This document shows positions 1-9,475 of a stretch of DNA of 32,000 bases, piece by piece (position 1 is the first letter of the stretch; the number at the start of each line of letters is the position of its first letter). The notes below the pieces were generated by a model that saw only the letters and a program-made list of their open reading frames with translations, ran no database searches and was not told where the DNA came from. The translations under genes and the position numbers were made by a program. Origin of the DNA: Fastidiosibacter lacustris (GTDB lineage Bacteria > Pseudomonadota > Gammaproteobacteria > Francisellales > Francisellaceae). Location of the stretch: assembly GCF_003428155.1 (NCBI RefSeq), contig NZ_QLIR01000015.1, positions 14,003-46,002 on the forward strand, given 5' to 3'.

Positions 1-262
1 GATTGAGGTAGTTAACCGCTCAGTAAATGATACTTTGTCACGCACGATTATGACCTCAGGCTTAACATTGCTAGTGGTGGTTGTACTTTATTTCTTTGGT
101 GGACCTTCATTACACGAATTTTCTTTAGCATTAATTCTCGGTGTGATCGTTGGAACTTACTCCTCAATTTATGTTGCAGGTGTATTAGCTGTCCTGTTTG
201 GTCTTAAACGTGAATCTTTACTGCCACCACAAAAGTTAGCTGATAGCGATAGGAATGAATGA
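1..262 (+). CDS. secF: Protein-export membrane protein SecF, C-terminal end (gene continues left of the window)
   Basis: The frame is open from base 2 (IEVVNRSVNDTLSRTIMTSGLTLLVVVVLYFFGG...), so the ORF-track Met at 35 is internal. The sequence resembles the conserved last TM helices of SecF. Stop TGA at 260-262. Confidence 0.85.
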   Translation, partial: IEVVNRSVNDTLSRTIMTSGLTLLVVVVLYFFGGPSLHEFSLALILGVIVGTYSSIYVAGVLAVLFGLKRESLLPPQKLADSDRNE

Positions 263-511
263 GATCATTTCGTAAAATTCAATCATATGGCAGTGTTAAG
301 TTATTTAAACCCTACTATCGTTCAATGATGATTATTTAATAACACAAGAACAAAAGCAACATGTTATTTCACACCTTTTTATGCTTTTATAATAGCTAAT
401 GAACTGACTAATTTTGTCATAATAAGTAATCAATTTGTGCTTTTTTTTCAAAGGAATCCAGCGTAAAATGCGTAAAGCCATTTTGCCTTAAACCCAACGC
501 AGATACATTTC

Positions 512-1846
512 ATGAAATATTTTGCTTTAAAAGCGCTAAAAAAGGATAAAATCTTTACTGAATCCCGTAAGCTTATGTCTTTTTCGTCGTGGCGTAGGCG
601 TTTGATTTTCTGGGGTGGAGCGATTTTGGTAGGTCTGATATGCGTATTATTTGCCTATGTTTGTGACAATTTAAATGATAGCTTTAATGCACTTAGCCAA
701 GCTCACCCTTATTGGCCACTTTTCATTATGCCAATTGGTTTTATGGTTATTATTTACTTATTAAAAACATATTTTGATGGTGCAGAAGGCAGTGGTATTC
801 CACAAGTGATAACGGCCTTAAAAGTTAAAAATATGCAACGACGTAGCAGGCTTGTTTCGATGCGTATTGCCTTAGGGAAGTTTATGTTGACAGCACTAGG
901 CTTTTTAAGTGGTGCATCGATTGGTCGAGAAGGACCAACAATTCAATTGAGTGCATCAGTGATGCACTTTTTAGGTCGATTAGAAAAATTTAATCGTGAA
1001 GATACCGAGAAAGGTTTGTTATTAGCAGGTGGTGCAGCTGGAATTGCAGCAGCCTTTAATGCACCATTAGCCGGAGTTGTGTTTGCAATCGAAGAGCTTG
1101 CTGGTTCATTTGATAAAGGGATTACAGGTACGATGATTACAACAGTCGTGCTATGTGGTTTTGTGTCATTAGAAATCATGGGTAATTATGCTTATTTTGG
1201 TGCAAGTTCTGCTACTTTGGATATTTTAGGTGGTGGTTGGATTATTATAATCGTTGTTGCTGTGGCATGTGGTTTTTTAGGTGGACTTTTTAGTCAAATG
1301 CTTCTAATAATATCAGCAGCATCTATTAGGATTATTCGTAGGTATCCAATTATTTTTGCAGGTAGCATTGGCTTTGTTGTTGCTGTGATTGGTGTACTAA
1401 CAGGTGGTATTATTTATGGCAGTGGTAAAGATACTGCAGTAGCGTTATTAAATGGTTATGATACACATATAACTGCTTTTTTTGGTTTATGGAAAATGAT
1501 TGCGACGTTGTTATCTTTCATTAGTGGTATTCCTGGTGGGATATTTGCGCCATCTTTATCCGCAGGTGCAGGATTTGGACATATGATGAGTTTTTTGTTT
1601 GCAGATAAATATGCGAGTGCAGTGATTTTAATTGGCACAGTTGCTTATTTCTCAGGCGTTGTGCAAAGCCCAATTACGTGTTTTATCATCGTATCTGAAA
1701 TGACACGTAATGTTTCAACAGGAATGCTGTTACCGATTATGTTAGCAGCGCTGTTAGGTACAGCTACCTCAAGAATTGTCTGTAAAGAACCTATTTATCA
1801 TATGTTATCGTTGCGCTATTTAGATAAGTTAAGGGGGGAGAAATAG
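512..1846 (+). CDS. CLC-family voltage-gated chloride channel / H+-Cl- antiporter
   Basis: 444-aa polytopic membrane protein with the CLC selectivity-filter motifs GSGIPQV, GREGPTIQ and GIFAPSL. Confidence 0.9.
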   Translation: MKYFALKALKKDKIFTESRKLMSFSSWRRRLIFWGGAILVGLICVLFAYVCDNLNDSFNALSQAHPYWPLFIMPIGFMVIIYLLKTYFDGAEGSGIPQVITALKVKNMQRRSRLVSMRIALGKFMLTALGFLSGASIGREGPTIQLSASVMHFLGRLEKFNREDTEKGLLLAGGAAGIAAAFNAPLAGVVFAIEELAGSFDKGITGTMITTVVLCGFVSLEIMGNYAYFGASSATLDILGGGWIIIIVVAVACGFLGGLFSQMLLIISAASIRIIRRYPIIFAGSIGFVVAVIGVLTGGIIYGSGKDTAVALLNGYDTHITAFFGLWKMIATLLSFISGIPGGIFAPSLSAGAGFGHMMSFLFADKYASAVILIGTVAYFSGVVQSPITCFIIVSEMTRNVSTGMLLPIMLAALLGTATSRIVCKEPIYHMLSLRYLDKLRGEK

Positions 1847-1898
1847 ACCTTTGGTATTTACATAAAGCTTCGTTACAATAGGGCACTTTTATAAAACG

Positions 1899-2672
1899 AT
1901 GATGTCAATCATGTTTGATTATAATTTATTCAATAAACATTCTATTAAAAACAAACAAAGATTTAGCCAACTAAGCTTTATTAAGCTTGAAATAGGTAAG
2001 CGGTTACTCGATAAGCTTAGTTTTATAAAAATAATTCCTAAAATCATTTATGTTGAGGGATTGAGTGCAGAAGATCTGACAAATTTAAAAGTCTGGTTTA
2101 CAGATGCCAAAATCATAACAGAGTTATCACAACCAGTTGATTTAATTCTTTCAAATTGTTTGCTTCACCTTAATGAGAGCATCGTAAAATGTTTAAAAAA
2201 CTGGCAAAATTGGCTAAAACCGGAAGGGATCATCTTATTTACAAGTTTTGGTAGCACAACTTTGCAAGAGTTAAAAAAAGCCTGGCAATTCATAGATTCG
2301 TATCCCCATATCAATCAAATGGTTGATTTACACGATTTAGGTGATTTACTGCTAAAACAGTATTACCAAAATCCAGTAGTTGATGCTGAAATTTTGACTT
2401 TGTCATATGATAATTTAACTATATTATTTAGCGATATTCGAAGTCTAGGTGAGCCATTAGCCGATACCAAAATGCGCCGTACATTTATAGGCAAAACTCG
2501 TTGGCAGCAATTTATAGCTCGATTGGAGAAAAAAGGGTTAAATATCAGTTATGAAATTATTTATGGTTATGCTTATAAAAGTCGAAAAAGTCTGGCTACA
2601 AAAACAATAGATGGTGAAGCGATGATAAGTTTTGAGCAATTACAGTCTTCCCTTAGAAATAGGAAAACTTAA
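1899..2672 (+). CDS. BioC-like class I methyltransferase-fold protein with a degenerate SAM-binding motif I
   Basis: The C-terminal two thirds align by eye with E. coli BioC: ILFTSFGSTTLQELKKAWQFIDSYPHINQM vs [30 protein letters not shown], and LTLSYDNLTILFSDIRSLGEP vs [21 protein letters not shown]. The position of the glycine-rich loop (VLDAGCGPG in BioC) reads IIYVEGLSAED. Confidence 0.55.
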   Translation: MMSIMFDYNLFNKHSIKNKQRFSQLSFIKLEIGKRLLDKLSFIKIIPKIIYVEGLSAEDLTNLKVWFTDAKIITELSQPVDLILSNCLLHLNESIVKCLKNWQNWLKPEGIILFTSFGSTTLQELKKAWQFIDSYPHINQMVDLHDLGDLLLKQYYQNPVVDAEILTLSYDNLTILFSDIRSLGEPLADTKMRRTFIGKTRWQQFIARLEKKGLNISYEIIYGYAYKSRKSLATKTIDGEAMISFEQLQSSLRNRKT

Positions 2673-2673
2673 T

Positions 2674-3135
2674 TTAATGTTGCGTTTGTTCAGTTGCTTG
2701 TTGTTGAGCAAGTCTTTGCATATAAAGTGCATCGAAGTTAATGGGTGCTAAATTAATTTGAGGAAAGCCACCACGGTTAATAAGGCTGTCGATAGTCTCT
2801 TTAGCATATGGGAACAATGTAGTTGGACAAAATGCACCCAACATTGGCTCAATTTGGTCTTTTGGCATATTTTGTAATGTAAAAATACCTGCTTGTGATA
2901 CTTCAATTAAATATGCATTTTTGTCTTTGTTTTTTACAGTCACGGTTAAGCTGAGTTCTACTTCGTAAACATTCCCACCCTCCAGTTTCTTGGAGTTAGT
3001 GTCTACATTTATATTGGCTTCTGGTTGCCATTGTGCTTTAAATACATCTGGGGTGCTTGGCGCTTCAAATGAGATATCCTTAGTATAAATTTTTTGAATA
3101 ACAAAATTAGGTTTAGCGCTATGTGTGTTTTCCAT
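2674..3135 (-). CDS. secB: Protein-export chaperone SecB
   Basis: 153 aa. Typical SecB N-terminus (FVIQKIYTKDISFEAP), core (AFCPTTLFPYAKETIDSLINRGGFPQINLAPINFDALY) and acidic/Gln-rich tail. Confidence 0.95.
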   Translation of the reverse strand: MENTHSAKPNFVIQKIYTKDISFEAPSTPDVFKAQWQPEANINVDTNSKKLEGGNVYEVELSLTVTVKNKDKNAYLIEVSQAGIFTLQNMPKDQIEPMLGAFCPTTLFPYAKETIDSLINRGGFPQINLAPINFDALYMQRLAQQQATEQTQH

Positions 3136-3359
3136 TTTGGTTTCCTGTTTAACGAGTCATGATTTATTGAACTATTATGCCTCATAGCATAGCAAAGTCC
3201 AACCACTTTACTGGCAACAAAAATGCTTAAGTACTGTATTTATAATTAACCTAAATTGGCAAATACAATTTATATGTAAAAAAGAGTAAAAGCCATAGAT
3301 TAAATATCACGTTGTGATTGATGGTGATTGGTTCTTAATTAACCTTTTGTATGAGTATC

Positions 3360-6300
3360 CTATGTAGCCGAAGGTACAATCGATTTTTCAAGCTTGGTAA
3401 TAAAGTGATTGATAAATGCAATTCTCTCTTTTGCATGGGGTAATGCTTTTTTTATTAAGAGGTTTTGAGCTTGACTTAACTGAAAATCTTGAGCTTGCAT
3501 TTGGACGATTTTGATCAAATGAATAGGGTCAAATTTAAGTGGTGTAATAAAGCTGATCTTGCCACCACTTGAGTGCATTTCAATTTTTTGAATGCCAATT
3601 GCAGTGGCATTTAGCTTAAGATAAGTAATATCAAATAAGTATTGCCCATATTCAGGTAACAAACCAAAGCGATCAATGATTTCTACCTTAATTTGATTGA
3701 GTTCATCTGAAGTCATAGCGCTAGAGATACGTTTATAGAGTCCTAAACGTGTGTGAACATCAAAAATATATTCTTCTGGAAAAAGCGTTGGAATGCGAAG
3801 TTCAATAGACGCATCACTCTGGAAAGATTGATTAATTTTTGTTGCATCAAATGTTTCCCCTTTTTGTAAAGCATTAATTGTTTTTTGTAATAAATCCATG
3901 TAGAGATTAAAGCCTATGCTTTGGATGTTGCCACTTTGTTCTTTACCTAGCATTTCTCCAGCGCCTCGAATTTCCAGATCGTGATTTGCAAGCATATAAC
4001 CACCACCTAAAGATTGCGTTTCAGCAATTGCTTCTAGCCGCTTTTTAGCATCTTTGGTCAGTGAAACATCAGGTGGTGTAAGTAGATAAGCATAAGCTTG
4101 ATGGTGTGAGCGACCTACTCGACCTCTAAGCTGATGCAATTGTGCCAAGCCAAAATTATCAGCACGCTCGATGACGATGGTATTAACATTAGCGATATCA
4201 ATACCTGTTTCAATAATTGTTGTACAAACTAATATTTGGTAACGATTTTGTTGGAATTCGAACATGACCTTTTCAAGTTCACGTTCACGCATTTGTCCAT
4301 GTGCAACAGCTATTTTAATTTCAGGAAAAATTTGTTGTAATTGCTCTGATTTGTCATATATGGTGATGACACTATTATGTAAATAATAAACTTGTCCACC
4401 ACGCAAGGTTTCACGCATAATCGCTTCACGAATAATGCTGATATTAAACTGCCTTATAAAAGTCTTAACAGAGAGTCGTTTAGCAGGAGGTGTTGAAATA
4501 ACCGATAGATCACGAATATTTGAAAATGCCATGTTAAGCGTACGTGGAATAGGCGTTGCTGTCATGGTTAAAATATCTATATTCGTACGCAGTGCTTTCA
4601 TTTTTTCTTTGTGTGTGACACCAAAACGATGCTCTTCATCAATAATTAATAATCCAAGGTTATGAAATTTAATTTTATCGGATAATAGTTTATGGGTGCC
4701 AATTATAATATCAATCATTCCATTATTGATTTTTTCAATGGCATCACCTTGCTCGCGTGTGGTTTTAAAACGAGATAAAACATCAACATTAGCACCTGTT
4801 TCACTAAAACGGTCACTGAAATTTTCAAAGTGCTGCTGTGCAAGCAATGTGGTAGGTGCTAAAATGGCAACTTGTTTGTTATTGTTGATAGCAATAAAAG
4901 CAGCTCGCATTGCAACCTCAGTTTTACCAAAACCCACATCACCACAAACCAATCTATCCATTGGCTTTTCAGTGATCATATCCTTTATTACATCATTGAT
5001 TGCAATAGCTTGATCAGGTGTTTCTTCAAAAGGAAATCCCTCACAAAAAGCAAGATATTCGTTTTCATTAAAAATATTACCATAGCCTTTTTTAAGCAAA
5101 CGTTTAGCGTAAATATCTAAAAGGTCAGCTGCAACATCATTAATTTTTTTAGCAGCCTTTTCTTTTTCCTTTTCCCATTGATCGGAACCCAATTTACTAA
5201 TTGGTGCATGCTCAAGGTCTGTACCGCTATAGCGACTAACAAGGTGTAAAGCATAAATAGGCACGTAAAGTTTTTCATCATTTTTAAAACTTAAAGTGAG
5301 GAATTCTGTCTCTTGATTGCCGACATCTAATTTGGTCAAGCCATCATAACGGGCAATACCATGTTCAATGTGAACCACAGGACTACCAATAGTGAGCTCC
5401 GATAGATCCTTTAACGCTACAGTTGGAAAATTCTCAATATCTTTTTTTATTTTACGGGAGCGTAAGTTAATTGCACTGTGACTTGCAAATAAATCAAACT
5501 CGGTAATGATAGCGTAGTTTTGATTAAGAATTACTCCTTGCGTAAACGGTGCTACGATGATGATGTACTGCTCATCAGTGGATATGGCTTCCGACCAGTT
5601 AGTGTGGTGATGTAGCTTAAGATGAAGTTTTGTTAGGTTTTCATAAAGTAAAGCTTTACGACCACTGCTTTCAGCGCAGAAAATCACTTTTTTAAACGTT
5701 TGACCATTGAGTAGATCCAATAAATTTTGATAGGGTTCTTTATAGTGATAATGCACATGAATATCTGTTATGGGCGCAGTAATAAGATTATTTGCTTTTG
5801 GCTTATAGTTTTTAAGCCATTTGATGTGGTTAAAGGTTTGAAGTTTTTGATTAAAATCAGTTACTGATAAAAATACTTTATCATATCTCAAAATGGGTCG
5901 CTGATGATCATGAGCCAGTTGGTCATGACGAATGATAATATCTTGATAGTAACGCTCAAGCGCTTGTTGACAGTTATAAATGCTATGAACAATTGTCTTT
6001 TGGGGTACATAATCAAAAATAGTACATAACCTTTCATAAAAAAGTGGCAAGTAAAACTCAATACCACTGATGCTTTGACCTTTGATAATCTGTTGGTAAA
6101 TTTGATTTTGAGACTTGGCGTGTGGTAAAAACGAAAACCAATTTTGTGCAAATTGATCCAAGCTTTTCTTATCTAGGACAAATTCTTGCGTTGGTAAAAT
6201 CTGAATTTTATCAATCAGATTATTTGATCTTTGAGTTTCTAGGTCAATGGTGCGAATGCTGTCTATTTCATCGTCAAATAGATCAATACGATATGCTTCA

Positions 6301-6815
6301 TCTGATCCCATTGGAAAAATATCCAAAATACTGCCACGAACGCTAAACTCACCGCGACTAATAACTTGTGATACATTTTGGTAACCAACTGTTTCTAATT
6401 GACGCTTTTTTTGAGTAATGTCAAGCCGATCACCTTTTTTCATTACGAAACTTTGTTGATTTAAAAAAGATTGTGGGGGTAAGTATTTTAAAAGTGTGGT
6501 GGCATTTGCAATGATAATCAGTTGATCATGGTTTTGGATGCGGTTTAAAGTACTTAAGCGGGAAGAAATAACGTCTTCAGAAGCGGAAAAATGGTCAAAT
6601 GGCAGAATCTCCAAATCCGCAAAATAAACAACGTCTTGAGTTGTTAATAGAAAACTTAGCTCATCATAAAGTTGTAGTGCAAGTTGTGCATTTTCAGTAA
6701 TAACTAAGTGTGTACAAAGACTATTTTGGTTGATATATTCGCTTAACGCTAAAGAGATTGATGTTGTTTGAGCATTAGCGAAAATATTGCGTGTTGTATG
6801 GGGTAACAGTTGCAT
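3360..6815 (-). CDS. mfd: Transcription-repair coupling factor Mfd
   Basis: 1151 aa. Superfamily-2 helicase motifs (GDVGFGKTEVA Walker A, LLIIDEEHRFG DEEH box, QLHQLRGRVGRS motif VI), a UvrB-homology N-terminal region and a TRG-type C-terminal part. Confidence 0.97.
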   Translation of the reverse strand: MQLLPHTTRNIFANAQTTSISLALSEYINQNSLCTHLVITENAQLALQLYDELSFLLTTQDVVYFADLEILPFDHFSASEDVISSRLSTLNRIQNHDQLIIIANATTLLKYLPPQSFLNQQSFVMKKGDRLDITQKKRQLETVGYQNVSQVISRGEFSVRGSILDIFPMGSDEAYRIDLFDDEIDSIRTIDLETQRSNNLIDKIQILPTQEFVLDKKSLDQFAQNWFSFLPHAKSQNQIYQQIIKGQSISGIEFYLPLFYERLCTIFDYVPQKTIVHSIYNCQQALERYYQDIIIRHDQLAHDHQRPILRYDKVFLSVTDFNQKLQTFNHIKWLKNYKPKANNLITAPITDIHVHYHYKEPYQNLLDLLNGQTFKKVIFCAESSGRKALLYENLTKLHLKLHHHTNWSEAISTDEQYIIIVAPFTQGVILNQNYAIITEFDLFASHSAINLRSRKIKKDIENFPTVALKDLSELTIGSPVVHIEHGIARYDGLTKLDVGNQETEFLTLSFKNDEKLYVPIYALHLVSRYSGTDLEHAPISKLGSDQWEKEKEKAAKKINDVAADLLDIYAKRLLKKGYGNIFNENEYLAFCEGFPFEETPDQAIAINDVIKDMITEKPMDRLVCGDVGFGKTEVAMRAAFIAINNNKQVAILAPTTLLAQQHFENFSDRFSETGANVDVLSRFKTTREQGDAIEKINNGMIDIIIGTHKLLSDKIKFHNLGLLIIDEEHRFGVTHKEKMKALRTNIDILTMTATPIPRTLNMAFSNIRDLSVISTPPAKRLSVKTFIRQFNISIIREAIMRETLRGGQVYYLHNSVITIYDKSEQLQQIFPEIKIAVAHGQMRERELEKVMFEFQQNRYQILVCTTIIETGIDIANVNTIVIERADNFGLAQLHQLRGRVGRSHHQAYAYLLTPPDVSLTKDAKKRLEAIAETQSLGGGYMLANHDLEIRGAGEMLGKEQSGNIQSIGFNLYMDLLQKTINALQKGETFDATKINQSFQSDASIELRIPTLFPEEYIFDVHTRLGLYKRISSAMTSDELNQIKVEIIDRFGLLPEYGQYLFDITYLKLNATAIGIQKIEMHSSGGKISFITPLKFDPIHLIKIVQMQAQDFQLSQAQNLLIKKALPHAKERIAFINHFITKLEKSIVPSAT

Positions 6816-6917
6816 TAATATGGGACTTACTTTTCAAATTACGCTATTTTAAAGACTCATGTTAAGGTTCGCAATAAAAGTTACCAAACTCTTAATATTT
6901 AAACAGGAATATAGAAA

Positions 6918-7472
6918 ATGAAAATAAAGCGTTGCCTATGGGCTGAAGATGATTCTGATATGATTGCTTATCATGATGATGAATGGGGCATCCCTTTGTA
7001 TGATGAGCAAAGACTATTTGAGTTTTTATCGTTGGAAGGTGCACAAGCTGGGTTGAGTTGGAAAACGATTTTAAAGCGAAGAGAAGCTTATCAAAAAGCA
7101 TTTCACTGTTTTGAAATCAGCAAAGTGGCATTAATGAGCACTGAAGATATGGAGTTATTACTGACAAATAGTGGCATTATTCGCAACCGTTTAAAGGTTA
7201 AAAGTGTAATTAATAATGCAAGATGTTGGCTTAAACTTAAAGAGAATCTATCTGTGGTTGAGAAATTATGGACATTTTCGCCAGAAAACCAAGATATTTA
7301 TTATCATCAACATGACGTTCCTGCGTTTACAGATGAAGCACAAGCAATGAGTAAATGGCTAAAATTAAATGGTTTTACATTCGTTGGTCCCAAGATATGT
7401 TATGCCTTTATGCAAGCAACTGGTATGGTGAATGATCATATAAAAAGTTGCTATTTGTCACGGACACAATAA
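6918..7472 (+). CDS. tag: DNA-3-methyladenine glycosylase I
   Basis: RCLWAEDDSDMIAYHDDEWGIPLYDEQRLFEFLSLEGAQAGLSWKTIL is the canonical Tag N-terminus. 184 aa. Confidence 0.93.
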   Translation: MKIKRCLWAEDDSDMIAYHDDEWGIPLYDEQRLFEFLSLEGAQAGLSWKTILKRREAYQKAFHCFEISKVALMSTEDMELLLTNSGIIRNRLKVKSVINNARCWLKLKENLSVVEKLWTFSPENQDIYYHQHDVPAFTDEAQAMSKWLKLNGFTFVGPKICYAFMQATGMVNDHIKSCYLSRTQ

Positions 7473-8644
7473 GTTACTAAGATTGCAACGATTGACATAA
7501 CTAGAATTAATAGCGCAATGAGTAAATTAGGGGTAATAGGGAGGGTTAGAGCAACGCCACTAATTAAGCCAGCAGCCAATATGTTGAGACAGCCGTATAA
7601 ACTACCAACTGCACCTATACGTGTTTTAAACGTAACAATAGCTAAAGCACTACTGGTTGGGAAGATAATCCCCGCTGAGAAGTTAAAAATAATCACCGCA
7701 ATCATAATAAAGGAAAGGCTAGTTGTGAAAAATATAGCTTGAATCGTGATCAATATTCCAGAGAAGAAAAATAAAAAAATCGCTAGACGTTGAACCTTCT
7801 CAATAGGTATGTATTTTAAGGCAATGCCGTTAATAAACATACCAACAGCAATAAAAGTCTCTCCTACAGCGAAGACGATTGCATAATCGATTTCACTTAG
7901 ACCAAAATAGTATTGAAATAAAAATGCACTTATAGATAAATAAGTAATAATAGCGCTCATAATCGTACTTGTAATTACCATGTTTTTAATAAACACTTTA
8001 TTTTTAATTACCCAAATATAGGTTTGTAGCGATAGTTTAGCTGATAGTCTTTTTTGAGGATTTAATAATGTTTCAATAAGGTAAAAATAAGCAAGACCGT
8101 AGCAAATTAGGCTTAAAATGATAATAAAGACGAAATCTGCACGCCAGTGATATATATGGGCTAAGAATGCGCCTAAAATGGGAGCCAAAGCAGGTGCTAT
8201 GAGTATGCCTATGCTCATAAATGACATAAATCGTGCATAATTGATATCATTTGGAATGACATCACGTAATATAACACGCCCTAAAGACATTGGAGCTGCC
8301 ATTCCAATGGCTTGAAATGTGCGTCCGATCATAAGCATACTAAAATTAATGCTAAAAATGGTAATAAGTGTGCCAACAATGCTAACGGAGAGCCCAAGCA
8401 GGAAAATTTTGCGGCGACCAAAGCGCTCAGATAAAGGACCATATATAAGTTGGGCACAGGCAAACATAATAAAATAGTAGGTGACACTAAAAGCAAGCAA
8501 ATTTGTGCTTGTCCCAAAATCATTACTAATGTTTGGTAAAGAAGGAACGTAAATGTCGGATATAAAAATTCCCAACATTGATGTTACCATAATAATTGTA
8601 ACGAATATTGCCTTGGCAGTAGCCGAGGTTTTCATGTTTAGCAT
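7451..8644 (-). CDS. MFS transporter, Bcr/CflA-type drug efflux family
   Basis: 397 aa, about 12 TM. MFS motif A region GPLSERFGRRKIFLLGL. Its 3' end overlaps the convergent tag gene by 22 nt. The alternative start MKTSATAK lies 9 nt downstream. Confidence 0.8.
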   Translation of the reverse strand: MLNMKTSATAKAIFVTIIMVTSMLGIFISDIYVPSLPNISNDFGTSTNLLAFSVTYYFIMFACAQLIYGPLSERFGRRKIFLLGLSVSIVGTLITIFSINFSMLMIGRTFQAIGMAAPMSLGRVILRDVIPNDINYARFMSFMSIGILIAPALAPILGAFLAHIYHWRADFVFIIILSLICYGLAYFYLIETLLNPQKRLSAKLSLQTYIWVIKNKVFIKNMVITSTIMSAIITYLSISAFLFQYYFGLSEIDYAIVFAVGETFIAVGMFINGIALKYIPIEKVQRLAIFLFFFSGILITIQAIFFTTSLSFIMIAVIIFNFSAGIIFPTSSALAIVTFKTRIGAVGSLYGCLNILAAGLISGVALTLPITPNLLIALLILVMSIVAILVTYCVRDK

Positions 8645-8972
8645 ATTTTTACCTTATTTATTTTTTATATCTATGTAATTGTATTTTTAATTTGTAATTT
8701 TATTTGAAAATACGTTGATATTTGTAAAATAAAAGTTTAGATTGGGAAAGTCAATCGATTGATGCTTATCATTTATCAAACCTTACACAAGTAAGAAAAC
8801 AAGGAGGAAAAGTTATGAATAGTATTAATAACGATAGCACATATGTACATGGAGAATCATCTGCAAAAGAAATTTGGTAGTATTGTCTATTAGCTGCATG
8901 TGTGTGAGTTGAAAAACATGTATATATCCAGCACACTTTAAACTAACCACTCAGTATGCATAAGGAGGTATT

Positions 8973-9473
8973 ATGAAAAAGATAATTTTACCCATAACCT
9001 TAGCTTTAATTTCCAGTGAGGTTTTTGCTGACGCTTATGATGCATCTGGGAATTATATTCCAAGTGGTCAAACCACTCCAAGATACGAAACTAAAATGGT
9101 TGTACACAAGTATCAATATGCAGGGCAATATATTAATGACCTTAAATTGGTCAATTTTATAGACTATTATTTGAGCTTATATCCATCGGGGTTAACTGAT
9201 CTTTATTTTAAGGGTTTTTCACCCCAACAGGCAGAAGAGTCAACTGTATATGATATTCAGGAAACTAGTATTATAAACGACAGCAATAAACTAATGACTT
9301 TTAATGAGTTTAAAACTTGGGCTTTGCACAACGTTAGTCCTAATAGTAAAGGGCTGGAAAAGTTACAACAATTAGATGAAGCAACTTTTATACAAAAAGT
9401 TGTTCAAGCGCAACAAATTTTAAACAAAACAAATAATGATGTGATTAGTATAAACACCCCGAAAGTCAAATAG
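8973..9473 (+). CDS. Secreted hypothetical protein (Sec signal peptide)
   Basis: TAAGGAGGT lies 5 nt before the ATG. N-terminus MKKIILPITLALISSEVFA/DAYD is a typical signal peptide with an AxA-like cleavage site. No family recognised. Confidence 0.65.
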   Translation: MKKIILPITLALISSEVFADAYDASGNYIPSGQTTPRYETKMVVHKYQYAGQYINDLKLVNFIDYYLSLYPSGLTDLYFKGFSPQQAEESTVYDIQETSIINDSNKLMTFNEFKTWALHNVSPNSKGLEKLQQLDEATFIQKVVQAQQILNKTNNDVISINTPKVK

Positions 9474-9475
9474 CC

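Noticed and set aside
943-1638. Antisense ORFs inside the CLC gene (943-1179, 1456-1638)
   Set aside because: Same reasoning: they are shadow ORFs opposite a well-supported membrane protein gene.
3360-6815. Antisense or overlapping ORFs inside mfd (4435-4665, 4696-5013, 4872-5120, 5888-6151, 6122-6346)
   Set aside because: They are fully contained in the strongly supported 1151-aa Mfd gene. Their products are low-complexity with no recognisable motifs, and such ORFs are typical of the antisense strand of AT-rich genes.
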